Shown here one piece after another: positions 1-8,713 of a stretch of 43,511 nucleotides of DNA. Each line of letters begins with the position of its first letter. Position 1 is the stretch's first letter. Under the pieces are notes generated by a model. That model was not told the origin of the DNA and made no database searches. It saw only the letters and a list, made by a program, of their open reading frames with translations. This DNA is from a virus (taxonomy: Duplodnaviria; Heunggongvirae; Uroviricota; Caudoviricetes), in IMG/VR virus record IMGVR_UViG_2529292919_000025. The stretch is one strand, 5' to 3'. A program made the position numbers and the translations under genes.

Positions 1-1260
1 ATGCCAAAACTCACAGATATGCAGATCCGCGCATGGATAAAGGCGGGAGACAGATTTGATGGCAAGGCAGACGGCAACGGCCTTTATATTTGCTACCCCA
101 AAAACTACACAGCCCCGTTCTGGCGATTCCGCTATAAGCTCGCAGGAAAGCAGCGGGCTATGGTTATAGGCTCTTACTCCGAACTGTCACTATCAAAAGC
201 CAGAGAAACAGCAAAAGAGCTGTCAGCCAGAGTTGCTCTTGGCTATGACGTAGCAGCAGAGAAACAGGAACGAAAAGCTGAAGCACTGGCAAAAATGGAG
301 GCTGAGAAAAACGCCATGCGTGTTTCAGATCTGGCCTCCGAATACTTCGAGCGCCAGATACTTCCGAGATGGAAACATCCCGATATCCTTCGCCGGAGAA
401 TTGATAAGGATATTAACCCCTGCATTGGGCATATGAAGGTAGAGGACGTTAAGCCACGCCACATTGACGACATGTTGAAAGGTATCGTTGACCGAGGAGC
501 ACCAACGATAGCAACAGATGTATTACGCTGGACACGCCGTATCTTTGACTACGGGATAAAACGCCACGCTCTGGAGATAAACCCTTGTTCAGCGTTTGAA
601 GTATCTGATGCTGGTGGTAAAGAGGTTTCCCGCGACCGTTGGCTAACTCGCGATGAGCTTATCAGGCTATTCGAGGCTATGCGCACCGCAAAAGGATTCA
701 GCCGCCAGAACGAACTGACATTTAAGCTATTGCTGGCACTATGCGTTCGTAAGATGGAGTTATGCGCCGCACGATGGGAAGAGTTTGATTTAGATGGTGC
801 GGTATGGCATTTGCCGGAAGAACGCAGCAAAAACGGAGACCCTATTGATATACCTCTACCTTCCCCAGCCGTTGAATGGTTGAGAGAGCTACACACCTTT
901 TCATGTAATAGCGCATGGGTGCTTCCAGCCAGGAAGATGCAAAACAGAATGATCCCACATATTCAGGAAAGCACTTTGCCCGTAGCACTGGCTAAGGTTC
1001 GCGCCGAAATGCCGGATGTGCCTAATTTCACGATTCACGACTTCCGACGCACCGCACGTACTCATTTAGCAGCGTTGGGTGTTGATCCTGTCGTGGCGGA
1101 ACGATGCCTCAATCATCGCATTAAGGGCGTAGAGGGGATTTATAACCGCCATCAGTATTTTGATGAGCGTAAAGCAGCACTGGCACAGTGGGCTGATCTG
1201 CTGGTGGCACTGGAAAGCGGAAAAGACTACAACGTAACGCCTCTCAGAAGGGCGAACTAA
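1..1260 (+). CDS. int: Tyrosine recombinase, P4-type island integrase
   Basis: 419-aa ORF starting at window base 1; C-terminal catalytic region with HDFRRTARTHL and terminal GIYNRHQY (R..H..R..Y tyrosine-recombinase pattern); N-terminal region typical of P4-family integrases. Confidence 0.85.
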   Translation: MPKLTDMQIRAWIKAGDRFDGKADGNGLYICYPKNYTAPFWRFRYKLAGKQRAMVIGSYSELSLSKARETAKELSARVALGYDVAAEKQERKAEALAKMEAEKNAMRVSDLASEYFERQILPRWKHPDILRRRIDKDINPCIGHMKVEDVKPRHIDDMLKGIVDRGAPTIATDVLRWTRRIFDYGIKRHALEINPCSAFEVSDAGGKEVSRDRWLTRDELIRLFEAMRTAKGFSRQNELTFKLLLALCVRKMELCAARWEEFDLDGAVWHLPEERSKNGDPIDIPLPSPAVEWLRELHTFSCNSAWVLPARKMQNRMIPHIQESTLPVALAKVRAEMPDVPNFTIHDFRRTARTHLAALGVDPVVAERCLNHRIKGVEGIYNRHQYFDERKAALAQWADLLVALESGKDYNVTPLRRAN

Positions 1261-1355
1261 CTGAATAGATTGAGCCTAGCTCGACGGGGCGAAAAGCGGG
1301 AAGCCTTACCGCCTGGCTCAATCACAAAATAAGGCGCAGCGTAAAAGGTGACGCA

Positions 1356-2321
1356 ATGAACGACTCTCATGAAACAACAGTGGTGCATAGAAATTTATGG
1401 CAGGAATCAGGTATTCCACCTTTGGACTACTGCACGATAGAGCGAGCATCAAAATTATTAAATTGTGAAATTGATGATATATGGCATTGGAAAGATAGAC
1501 TACATATAGACTTTTATGTCTATGCTGACTTTCTTGATTTCATTGAATCTGATGCCACCATCCACTTCAAAAAAGATGCTAATTTTATAACTGATTTATT
1601 ACTTATGTACCCAGAAGAAGTAAGGTTTACATTTCCTTTTCTTATTACCAGCGCAAGCAACGAAGTTTATATCCCAGCATCTGAAAGCGGTGCTTATGAG
1701 CTATTTTATGCACATAAACCACTGACAGTTGAAGACAGCGACAATAAAAATGTTTTTGAACAAATTGGCAAAAACTCTTTTATTGTAAGAAAATCAATTG
1801 CATGTGGATTGTTGCGTGTACGCGGTAGAACAACACGACATTATCATTCACAAGAATGTGGAGAACCATATGTGCGACTTGAAGCAACATTTGATTGTGA
1901 TCTATATAAATTCAAAATGCAAAGTTCCCAAATTCACCTGAGTAGCCTGTCAGATAAAAACATTTATATAACAAAGGCTGATTTAGAATACCTTCATGAC
2001 GCAAAGGTTAATGGAAGTTTTGACGCAGCTAAGAGCAAAAAACGATACGAAATGGCGGTAGAACAGGAACTAATACCTGAAATAAAAAATAGCAACCATA
2101 ATGCCGAGAGACATGCTGAAAACAGGGAAAAACTTTTCAAATCTGCAATATATCTTTTGTCAAAGTATCCTGATGAATGCCGTGGCAAAAAGAAAGAAAT
2201 AAGCCCTGAGAAGTGGCGGGATTGCATAGTGGCTCATAAAGACGAAATTCCACCGTTAGCAATCACAAATGAAGATGTGATTTTGAGACACTTACGTGCT
2301 GCCGCCAACGGTAAGGGGTAG
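1356..2321 (+). CDS. Hypothetical protein; AT-rich orphan island cargo gene, no recognisable motif
   Basis: 321-aa ORF, SD-like AAGGTG 5 nt upstream of ATG; visibly AT-rich compared with both flanks; stop codon TAG (2319-2321) abuts the prophage end; its probable terminator is found at 40131-40160 beyond the prophage. Confidence 0.6.
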   Translation: MNDSHETTVVHRNLWQESGIPPLDYCTIERASKLLNCEIDDIWHWKDRLHIDFYVYADFLDFIESDATIHFKKDANFITDLLLMYPEEVRFTFPFLITSASNEVYIPASESGAYELFYAHKPLTVEDSDNKNVFEQIGKNSFIVRKSIACGLLRVRGRTTRHYHSQECGEPYVRLEATFDCDLYKFKMQSSQIHLSSLSDKNIYITKADLEYLHDAKVNGSFDAAKSKKRYEMAVEQELIPEIKNSNHNAERHAENREKLFKSAIYLLSKYPDECRGKKKEISPEKWRDCIVAHKDEIPPLAITNEDVILRHLRAAANGKG

Positions 2322-2324
2322 AGT
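2319..2324. repeat. Left copy of prophage target-site duplication TAGAG(T)
   Basis: TAGAGT at 2319-2324 is identical to 40112-40117 immediately outside the other prophage end; 5-bp Mu-type duplication plus one ambiguous base. Confidence 0.55.
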
Positions 2325-2372
2325 TGATGCGCCGCGCGATAAATGCACTCTATCTTGTGCGATAAATGGCAT
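2325..2372. repeat. Prophage terminal inverted repeat, invertase-side end, with two transposase-binding-like motifs
   Basis: TGATGCGCCGCGCGATAAATGCAC...TGTGCGATAAATGGCA; the CGATAAATG motif occurs twice 23 bp apart; inverted counterpart at 40064-40111. Confidence 0.6.
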
Positions 2373-2402
2373 CCACGCGGCGTTTCATTATTTGAAAAAG
2401 AA

Positions 2403-2975
2403 TTACATTTCAGGTTGCGTTATGACAGTCCCAACAGGGTGGTAGCGGTAGATCGTTGACAGTCCAATATCATAGATAATTGCCAGCCGCTTTCTGTCAT
2501 ACCCTTTCTGGAGCAATCTTGCGATCTGCTCATGCTGCTCCTTCGTCAGTTTCGGGCGACGTCCTCCAACTCTCCCTTGTGCTCGCGCAGCAGCCAGTCC
2601 TGCCAGCGTGCGCTCAACTATCAGTTCACGCTCCATTTCTGCCAGTGCACCCATCATATGAAAAAAGAACCTTCCCATCGGAGTGCTGGTATCGATTGAA
2701 TCCGTCAGACTGCGAAAATTGACACCTTTTGCGCGTAGCTCTTCTGTGAGAGCAATGAGGTGTTTCATTCTTCTACCCAACCGATCCAGCTTCCAGACCA
2801 CCAATGTATCCCCTCTTTTAAGGCACTTTAAAGCGCGTTTCAGGCCTGGTCGTTCCGACTTGGTTCCGCTCATTTTGTCCTCAAAAATCTGTTCACATCC
2901 TGCGCACATTAATGCATTGCGTTGCAAATCTGTGTTTTGGTCATTTGCTGACACACGTATGTAGCCAATCAGCAT
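2403..2975 (-). CDS. Serine-recombinase DNA invertase, Hin/Gin/Pin/Cin family
   Basis: 190 aa; N-terminal resolvase/invertase catalytic motif (IGYIRVS...DxQ, GDTLVVWKLDRLGR) and C-terminal HTH; immediately adjacent to tail-fibre cassettes with hix/gix-like sites. Confidence 0.9.
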   Translation of the reverse strand: MLIGYIRVSANDQNTDLQRNALMCAGCEQIFEDKMSGTKSERPGLKRALKCLKRGDTLVVWKLDRLGRRMKHLIALTEELRAKGVNFRSLTDSIDTSTPMGRFFFHMMGALAEMERELIVERTLAGLAAARAQGRVGGRRPKLTKEQHEQIARLLQKGYDRKRLAIIYDIGLSTIYRYHPVGTVITQPEM

Positions 2976-3029
2976 TAAAAATACTCCCTTTTGAGTGGTT
3001 AAAGTACTGAGATAATGTGGGGAGGATTT

Positions 3030-3055
3030 GAGAGATAAACGTTGGTTTGGGGGAA
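3030..3055. other. hix/gix-like crossover site d (outer site; invertase-proximal half degenerate)
   Basis: GAGAGATAAACG-TT-GGTTTGGGGGAA; right half identical to site c. Confidence 0.55.
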
Positions 3056-3580
3056 GGCTCTGCGTTGCCCGTTGGTGTACCCGTTCCGTGGCCCTCAGCT
3101 ACACCGCCAACGGGCTGGCTGAAATGTAACGGCGCAGCATTTTCTTCTGAAGATTACCCCAAACTGGCACAGGCTTACCCCGCGAATAAATTACCGGATC
3201 TACGGGGTGAATTTATCCGTGGCTGGGATGATGGACGCGGCTTGGATGCTGGGCGTGCCTTGCTAAGTCTTCAGGATGACTCTTTTGAAGCGCACAGGCA
3301 TGAGTCCTTTTTTTATGCGGGTATTTCACGTAATGAAACCCCATTAAAAAATCTTCCAAGTTCAGACGAGATGCTGACTTTAAGTTCCACAACTAATGCC
3401 TTGTCCCCGGACGGTATTGATGCCACCAACTCGTTAATTGGTAATGACGATTACAACTGTCTTATCGAAGGGAATAAAAATAACAAACGAACAGCGACAA
3501 GACTGAGTACCAGTATTGTCGGCACAGCAGAAACACGCCCCCGCAACGTTGCATTCAATTACATCGTAAGAGCCGCATGA
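3047..3580 (+). CDS. Silent tail-fibre C-terminal cassette A (no in-frame ATG; expressed only after inversion)
   Basis: Begins with the shared GEGSALPVGVPVPWPSATPPTGWLKCNGAAFS segment and ends with the shared ETRPRNVAFNYIVRAA; track start is a TTG inside the crossover site. Confidence 0.6.
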   Translation: MGEGSALPVGVPVPWPSATPPTGWLKCNGAAFSSEDYPKLAQAYPANKLPDLRGEFIRGWDDGRGLDAGRALLSLQDDSFEAHRHESFFYAGISRNETPLKNLPSSDEMLTLSSTTNALSPDGIDATNSLIGNDDYNCLIEGNKNNKRTATRLSTSIVGTAETRPRNVAFNYIVRAA

Positions 3581-3599
3581 AAACGTTGGTTTGGGGGAA
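3574..3599. other. hix/gix-like crossover site c
   Basis: CGCATGAAAACG-TT-GGTTTGGGGGAA; exact reverse complement of site b (5135-5160). Confidence 0.6.
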
Positions 3600-4067
3600 G
3601 GCTCTGCACTGCCCGTTGGTGTGCCTGTTCCATGGCCCTCAGCCACACCACCAACGGGCTGGCTGAAATGTAACGGTGCAGCATTTTCTTCTGAAATGTA
3701 CCCCAATCTGGCAAAGGCCTACCCCACCAATAAATTACCGGATTTACGCGGTGAATTTATCCGTGGCTGGGATGATGGGCGAGGAATTGATGCGGCACGC
3801 GCTTTATTGAGCATTCAAAACGGGATGTTGGAAAAACACCGCCATATTGTTGTAGCTAACGATGGATATGACACAAAAGATGAATGGGAGTTGGCTACGA
3901 TTTTCAAAAAAACATATACACAAGGCAGGGGGCTTGATGCCACAAATACAGGAGGGAGTTTGATTCCATCACCAACGCTTCATTCACGAGGAAGTATTGG
4001 TAACACAGGTGGTAGTGAAACCCGCCCCCGCAATATTGCATTTAACTATATCGTGAGGGCGGCTTAG
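3591..4067 (+). CDS. Silent tail-fibre C-terminal cassette B
   Basis: Same conserved N- and C-terminal boundary segments as cassette A, different middle; no ATG start. Confidence 0.6.
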   Translation: MGEGSALPVGVPVPWPSATPPTGWLKCNGAAFSSEMYPNLAKAYPTNKLPDLRGEFIRGWDDGRGIDAARALLSIQNGMLEKHRHIVVANDGYDTKDEWELATIFKKTYTQGRGLDATNTGGSLIPSPTLHSRGSIGNTGGSETRPRNIAFNYIVRAA

Positions 4068-4073
4068 TTATAT

Positions 4074-4685
4074 TCAACTGGCTGCTGCCAGTGGTATTTC
4101 CGGCAAGTTGATATCTGGTACCATGTTTATATCCATTGCGTTCAGCGCGTCTATATAATCCAGCACGGCATTAAGCCGGGTGGTTTCTGCCTGCGTCAAC
4201 TTCCGCCCGGCCTGCAACTTCAACTGAATCAGACTTATGGAAGCCATTGCCGCATCAGCCAGTGACTGGCGCTTGGTTTCTGCCGCTTCTACTGCGGCAC
4301 GATGTTGTGCCTCAGTATCTGTCACCCATTTTTCACCATCCCATTTATCGTATGGTGTTAACGGGGCGATAGTGGTTGTAGTTTTCGGGTAGTCACCCAG
4401 CGCCGTGATTTCTTCGGTGTTTCCCGTGTCAGTGCTATAGACGGTTTCACCACGATGGTCTGGCGCATACTCCCATGAACTTAAATTCTCCGAACGGCGG
4501 ATAGCATAGCCCGCTTTATGTGCGCCCGGGGCATCTAAACAGGAATTTGCCGGAATACCGACACCCACAGCAAGATATTCAGTTGATTCGGAAATATATT
4601 CCCGTGTCTCACCATCATAGTTATAAACGACGATGTTTCCTGCCTGTACGGCAATAAGGTCATCATTTAATATCGCGTTATTCAT
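4074..4685 (-). CDS. Tail-fibre assembly protein (Tfa/U-like chaperone)
   Basis: 203 aa; start ATG overlaps the stop of cassette C (TAATG); typical Tfa-like sequence and position after a tail-fibre C-terminal segment. Confidence 0.75.
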   Translation of the reverse strand: MNNAILNDDLIAVQAGNIVVYNYDGETREYISESTEYLAVGVGIPANSCLDAPGAHKAGYAIRRSENLSSWEYAPDHRGETVYSTDTGNTEEITALGDYPKTTTTIAPLTPYDKWDGEKWVTDTEAQHRAAVEAAETKRQSLADAAMASISLIQLKLQAGRKLTQAETTRLNAVLDYIDALNAMDINMVPDINLPEIPLAAAS

Positions 4686-5143
4686 TATGCGGTTCTCACA
4701 ATATAATTGAAGGCAATATTGCGTGGGCGGTTTTCATTCCCATCTGAGGATTCCGTTCTGTATTGACTGGTAAATCTACCGTTAATTGCACCTTGCCGGA
4801 CGGCGTTATCTGTCGACAACAGACTATCCCCTCTTTTGTCATTTGGCACCAGTACCGTGTTATCCCACGCATCCCATGACCGAATATTATGATAATGACT
4901 TCCTGTTAACCACCCCTGCATGCTTAAGATGCCCCTTCCGGCATCCACCCCGCGCCCATCATCCCAGCCACGGATAAACTCACCGCGTAAATCAGGTAAT
5001 TTTAACGTTGGGTAAACCTTTGCCAGATTTGGGTACATTTCAGAAGAAAATGCTGCACCGTTACATTTCAGCCAGCCCGTTGGTGGTGTGGCTGAGGGCC
5101 ATGGAACAGGCACACCAACGGGCAGTGCAGAGCCTTCCCCCAA
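4685..5143 (-). CDS. Silent tail-fibre C-terminal cassette C (translationally coupled to the assembly gene)
   Basis: Shared N-terminal GEGSALPVG... and C-terminal RPRNIAFNYIVRTA; lies directly downstream of the expressed fibre gene on the same strand. Confidence 0.6.
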   Translation of the reverse strand: MGEGSALPVGVPVPWPSATPPTGWLKCNGAAFSSEMYPNLAKVYPTLKLPDLRGEFIRGWDDGRGVDAGRGILSMQGWLTGSHYHNIRSWDAWDNTVLVPNDKRGDSLLSTDNAVRQGAINGRFTSQYRTESSDGNENRPRNIAFNYIVRTA

Positions 5144-5160
5144 ACCAACGTTTTCATGCG
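5135..5160. other. hix/gix-like crossover site b
   Basis: TTCCCCCAAACC-AA-CGTTTTCATGCG; resembles hixL/gix consensus as I recall it (TTCTTGAAAACCAAGGTTTTTGATAA). Confidence 0.6.
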
Positions 5161-6650
5161 GCTCTTACGATGTAATTAAATGCAACGTTGCGAGGGCGAG
5201 TTTCTGTACCTACATTTCCACTAATTTCACCAAACCGTTTTACATTACGAGAGCTAATGGCTCGTAGTGAGGAAGGCACATTAAGACCGGGTTCGTCCGT
5301 TTTAACTATTCCCCCGTCACCGTATGTAGCCAGTATTCCTGGGTTTACTCCTTCCCGTGCACTTCCTGCGGCGAGTCCGTCCCCTGTCCATAATTCCATA
5401 TAGTGTGCATGGTCCAAAATTGTGTGTGGCTGCCAATTAAGCAAAGCGCGACCAGTATCAATCCCGCGACCGTCATCCCAGCCACGAATAAATTCACCGC
5501 GTAAATCAGGCAATTTATTGGTCGGGTAAGCCTTTGCCAGTTCCGGGTATTCTTCAGCAGAAAAAGCCGCACCGTTGCATTTCAGCCACCCCGTTGGCGG
5601 CGTGGCTGAAGGCCATGGAACGGGCACACCAACGGGCAGCGCCGAGCCTTCCCCTAAACCAAGGTAATTGAGGACTTCTTTTATACTGCCCATAGCGATA
5701 ATAGCGCGACCAATAGCTGTAAGGGTTGTCAGTGCTGCGCGGTCTGCTCCGGTAAAATAAGGCAACCGATCTGCTGCAGTGGCAAGTCCTGCCAGAGCAG
5801 TGAGCGTGGCATCTGCCGGTTGTTTTCCGTTTGCCAGATCGTATGCAGCCTTGACCGCTTTCGGTGTGGCGGCCAGTATTTCAGACGTGCTGTTGATGTC
5901 ACTGCTCAATTGTACGGTGCCTTTTGCCGTCAGCGAGGCAGCAGGCACTCCCGTTATCTGACTCCACGGGTGAGTGTGGCTGACGGGCGCCTTGCCGGCT
6001 GCAAGGTCGTATGCAGCCTTGACCGCCTTCGGTGTGGCGGCCAGTATTTCAGATTGACTGTCCGTGGCGCTGCTCAGTTGTACGGTGCCTTTTGCCGTCA
6101 GTGAAGCCGCAGGCACTCCCGTTATCTGACTCCACGGGTGAGTGTGGCTGGCAGGCGCCTTGCCGGCTGCAAGGTCGTATGCAGCCTTGACCGCCTTCGG
6201 CGTGGCAGCCTCAGTTTCTGATTGACTGTCCGTGGCGCTGCTCAGTTGTACGGTGCCTTTTGCCGTCAGCGAGGCAGCAGGCACTCCCGTTATCTGACTC
6301 CACGGGTGAGTATGGCTGACGGGGGCCTTGCCGGCAGCCAGGTCATATGCAGCCTTGACGGCCTTTGGTGTGGCGGCCAGCGTTTCAGAGGTGCTGTTGG
6401 TGGCACTGCTCAGTTGGGTGAACCCCTTAGCTGTCAGTGTCGCGTCCGGGTGGTTACGGGAACGTACGTGTTCAGCCAGTGACTGTGCGGCTTCCTCCGT
6501 TTTTTTCTTCAGCCATTTCGTCCTGTTTGCCAGTTGCCGGGGGGCTCGATTTGATATCCCGTCTGCACCACCCAGAACCGGATCTGATGTCTCCAGTTGA
6601 TAGATATTTTCTTCCCACTTTTCTGTTTCATTCAGGTTTCCCATAATCAA
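5154..6650 (-). CDS. Tail fibre protein (constant N-terminal part fused to currently expressed cassette D)
   Basis: 498 aa; N-terminal tail-fibre anchor region, 56-aa shaft repeats, then ...NYLGLGEGSALPVG crossover segment and a variable C-terminus ending ETRPRNVAFNYIVRAA. Confidence 0.85.
   Translation of the reverse strand: MIMGNLNETEKWEENIYQLETSDPVLGGADGISNRAPRQLANRTKWLKKKTEEAAQSLAEHVRSRNHPDATLTAKGFTQLSSATNSTSETLAATPKAVKAAYDLAAGKAPVSHTHPWSQITGVPAASLTAKGTVQLSSATDSQSETEAATPKAVKAAYDLAAGKAPASHTHPWSQITGVPAASLTAKGTVQLSSATDSQSEILAATPKAVKAAYDLAAGKAPVSHTHPWSQITGVPAASLTAKGTVQLSSDINSTSEILAATPKAVKAAYDLANGKQPADATLTALAGLATAADRLPYFTGADRAALTTLTAIGRAIIAMGSIKEVLNYLGLGEGSALPVGVPVPWPSATPPTGWLKCNGAAFSAEEYPELAKAYPTNKLPDLRGEFIRGWDDGRGIDTGRALLNWQPHTILDHAHYMELWTGDGLAAGSAREGVNPGILATYGDGGIVKTDEPGLNVPSSLRAISSRNVKRFGEISGNVGTETRPRNVAFNYIVRAA
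5649..5674. other. hix/gix-like crossover site a (inside the expressed fibre gene; fibre-constant-side half degenerate)
   Basis: TTCCCCTAAACC-AA-GGTAATTGAGGA; left half matches site b; encodes the LGLGEG junction. Confidence 0.55.
5811..6443. repeat. Tandem ~168-bp coding repeats (about 3.5 copies) in the tail-fibre shaft
   Basis: Protein repeat TAKGTVQLSSATDSQSE..ATPKAVKAAYDLAAGKAP.SHTHPWSQITGVPAASL recurs; accounts for the repetitive antisense ORFs at 5820-6482. Confidence 0.6.
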
Positions 6651-7225
6651 CTGCTCCCGTGGTTATAACTGCCATCATGGATGGCGGTATTGTTATAGCG
6701 AATGGCCACAGACTGATACTCCAGGCTGGCCAGATGGCAGCGGGCCGGTGCAAATGCAGCCAGCGTCTGACGCAGCATCGCGGCCTGATCGTTAGTAATG
6801 GGCTGTTTCAGAATAACGCGATAAACTGCCCAGGCGGCTGCATCTCCATGAACAAACAGTCCGTTATAGCTGCGATTGCCGTCGTAACTGAGACGACCTG
6901 TGCCTTCAATCAGATCCACTTCACCAAAGCCAAAACGGCGGATAACTTCCCGGATTGACCACGGCGTCCCTTTATACCGGTGCAGTTCGATGGCTGCTTT
7001 TATAAGCATGCGGCGAACATCGTCCGATTCCGCCAGCTCCCAGCCATCGCCAGACAGTGAGAACTGCTCGCCCAGCCATGGCAGCGCGGAACTGTCGACG
7101 ATATCGACGAGAAAGACCATCAGTACGCTCAGGTCGATGTTATCCAGCCGTCCTGCCAGTCTTCCCAGCGTCCTGAGACTGATATCACCCTCAAGCGGTG
7201 GCGGGAGTTGTAATGGCTCAGTCAT
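6647..7225 (-). CDS. Baseplate/tail protein (P2 gpI-like, Mu gp48 position)
   Basis: 192 aa between the baseplate J-like gene and the tail fibre; overlaps both neighbours by 4-8 nt. Confidence 0.6.
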   Translation of the reverse strand: MTEPLQLPPPLEGDISLRTLGRLAGRLDNIDLSVLMVFLVDIVDSSALPWLGEQFSLSGDGWELAESDDVRRMLIKAAIELHRYKGTPWSIREVIRRFGFGEVDLIEGTGRLSYDGNRSYNGLFVHGDAAAWAVYRVILKQPITNDQAAMLRQTLAAFAPARCHLASLEYQSVAIRYNNTAIHDGSYNHGSS

Positions 7226-8321
7226 CAGACACTCCAGTCATGTTAAGAGTGATTGCCGTACAGTTTGCCCATTCGTTTTCTGCCACCACCCGCAGTGCCG
7301 GTGTCACCAGTTCAACCTGGTACACCCCGGAAACGGACAATGCACTGATAATCTGGCTGGGGACAATATCGCGCCCCAGCGTGGCGGCACGTGATGCCAC
7401 CCAGTTCTGTATGGCGCTGTTAGCGGCATCTTTTACAGACCTGGCATCCTGATCACGATAGATCGTAATCCTGGCTTCAATGGTGTAATCCACCTTCACT
7501 GGTGTTTTAGCCCGCACTGTATCAGTGAGTGGCCTGACTTTCTCATCAGAGCAGAAACTCTCTACCAGCGTGAGAACACCGCCGTCCGGCAGACCGGTAC
7601 TGAGCAGCGGATACAGATCTACGGTCCCGGGAACCGGGGAAAGCACAGCAACATCGACAATGTTGGGATGGGCCTGCATGGCATGAAAGCGGTATGCGCC
7701 ACGGCTTCCGGCATTGGTGAATGACTCCGGGGCCAGCCTGATACGCTCCCGGAGCCTGTCATCGTCTTCCTGTTCTGAACCGCCGGAACTGGCCGTCAGA
7801 TTGCTCACCAGCAGGTCGACGTTATCAATCTCATCGAGTAACTGACTGACCTGCGCAGGTTGCCAGCCGTTACCAGCGGTACCGGGTTCGGTACAGGTGG
7901 ACGTGACATTGACCAGCAGCAATCCGGCCTTCAGTACCACATCTGTATCGGTGGCAAAAATAACGCTGTCGGAAGCGCTGACGCGGGTGCCTGCCGGGAT
8001 CAGCACATCAATGGCCAGTGCCTCATCTACGGAGAACTGGAGCGTGGTAGTGGCAGGCTGCGCGGCAAGACGGTATACACCGACCAGTTCACCGAGGTAA
8101 TCAATCATCGGCTCACGGGCAAAGGCGACCAGATTCTGCTTTGCTGCCTCCTGTACCGCAACCCTGACCAGCATTTCGCGATAGGCCCACAGATCAATCA
8201 GCAGACGTTCTGCCTGTGCCGGGTACAGCGTTTTGCCGGTATCCGCTTCATACTTCGCAATCATTTCTGCCGTGATTTTGTCGGCATCGCGTTCAATAAA
8301 ATCGGGTTCTGTCAGCGCCAT
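7218..8321 (-). CDS. Baseplate J-like protein (Mu gp47 / P2 gpJ-like)
   Basis: 367 aa, gene order W-J-I-fibre; sequence character of baseplate J family. Confidence 0.7.
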   Translation of the reverse strand: MALTEPDFIERDADKITAEMIAKYEADTGKTLYPAQAERLLIDLWAYREMLVRVAVQEAAKQNLVAFAREPMIDYLGELVGVYRLAAQPATTTLQFSVDEALAIDVLIPAGTRVSASDSVIFATDTDVVLKAGLLLVNVTSTCTEPGTAGNGWQPAQVSQLLDEIDNVDLLVSNLTASSGGSEQEDDDRLRERIRLAPESFTNAGSRGAYRFHAMQAHPNIVDVAVLSPVPGTVDLYPLLSTGLPDGGVLTLVESFCSDEKVRPLTDTVRAKTPVKVDYTIEARITIYRDQDARSVKDAANSAIQNWVASRAATLGRDIVPSQIISALSVSGVYQVELVTPALRVVAENEWANCTAITLNMTGVSDD

Positions 8322-8659
8322 AGCAGCTCCTGAGTCCGGGTCTGTCCGTCTGAGCCTTTCCAGCTCACCCGGAGCGTAAGATGTTCGCCGTCGACGGCGG
8401 GTTTAACTGACATAAGCTGGCAGCGGGGCTCCCAGCGCCGGATGGCATCGACGGATTCGCGCACCACATGCGGAATGGCCCGGTCTACAGGCCAGTCGAT
8501 ATAAAGATGCAGATTGCTGCCGAACTCCGGGCGATGCGGGTCGCTGCCGCGGGGAGTCCGCAGGATAATTTGAATCGCCTGCCGGATATCATCCAGCCCC
8601 CGGACAATTTCGCCGGGAGCCTGCAGGGTCGGTTGCCAGAATACTGAGGTTGTTTTCAT
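8312..8659 (-). CDS. Baseplate wedge protein (GPW/gp25-like, Mu gp46 position)
   Basis: 115 aa, size and position typical of GPW; GC-rich hairpin overlaps its start. Confidence 0.65.
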   Translation of the reverse strand: MKTTSVFWQPTLQAPGEIVRGLDDIRQAIQIILRTPRGSDPHRPEFGSNLHLYIDWPVDRAIPHVVRESVDAIRRWEPRCQLMSVKPAVDGEHLTLRVSWKGSDGQTRTQELLWR

Positions 8660-8713
8660 GGGGGCAGTATTGCCCCCGTGCGGGAACGCTGATATTAAAG
8701 GCGTTTAAAAAGC

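Larger units (their letters stand above)
3030..5674. other. Multiple-inversion tail-fibre variable region (shufflon-like) bounded by outer crossover sites
   Basis: Four hix/gix-like 26-bp sites (two in each orientation), four alternative tail-fibre C-terminal cassettes and one tail-fibre assembly gene. Confidence 0.65.

Noticed and set aside
1-2975. Integrase plus invertase as one recombination module of the prophage
   Set aside because: The prophage end at 2325 separates them. The integrase belongs to the flanking island; the prophage uses a DDE transposase and has Mu-type ends with a short target duplication.
2403-2975. Serine recombinase as a transposon resolvase
   Set aside because: No transposase or res-site context; it is flanked by tail-fibre cassettes with hix/gix-like inverted sites, which indicates an invertase.
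5779-6646. Cluster of short repetitive plus-strand ORFs and apparent direct repeats; considered a CRISPR-like or minisatellite array
   Set aside because: The repeats are ~168 bp, lack unique spacers, and are in-frame coding repeats of the tail-fibre shaft on the opposite strand.
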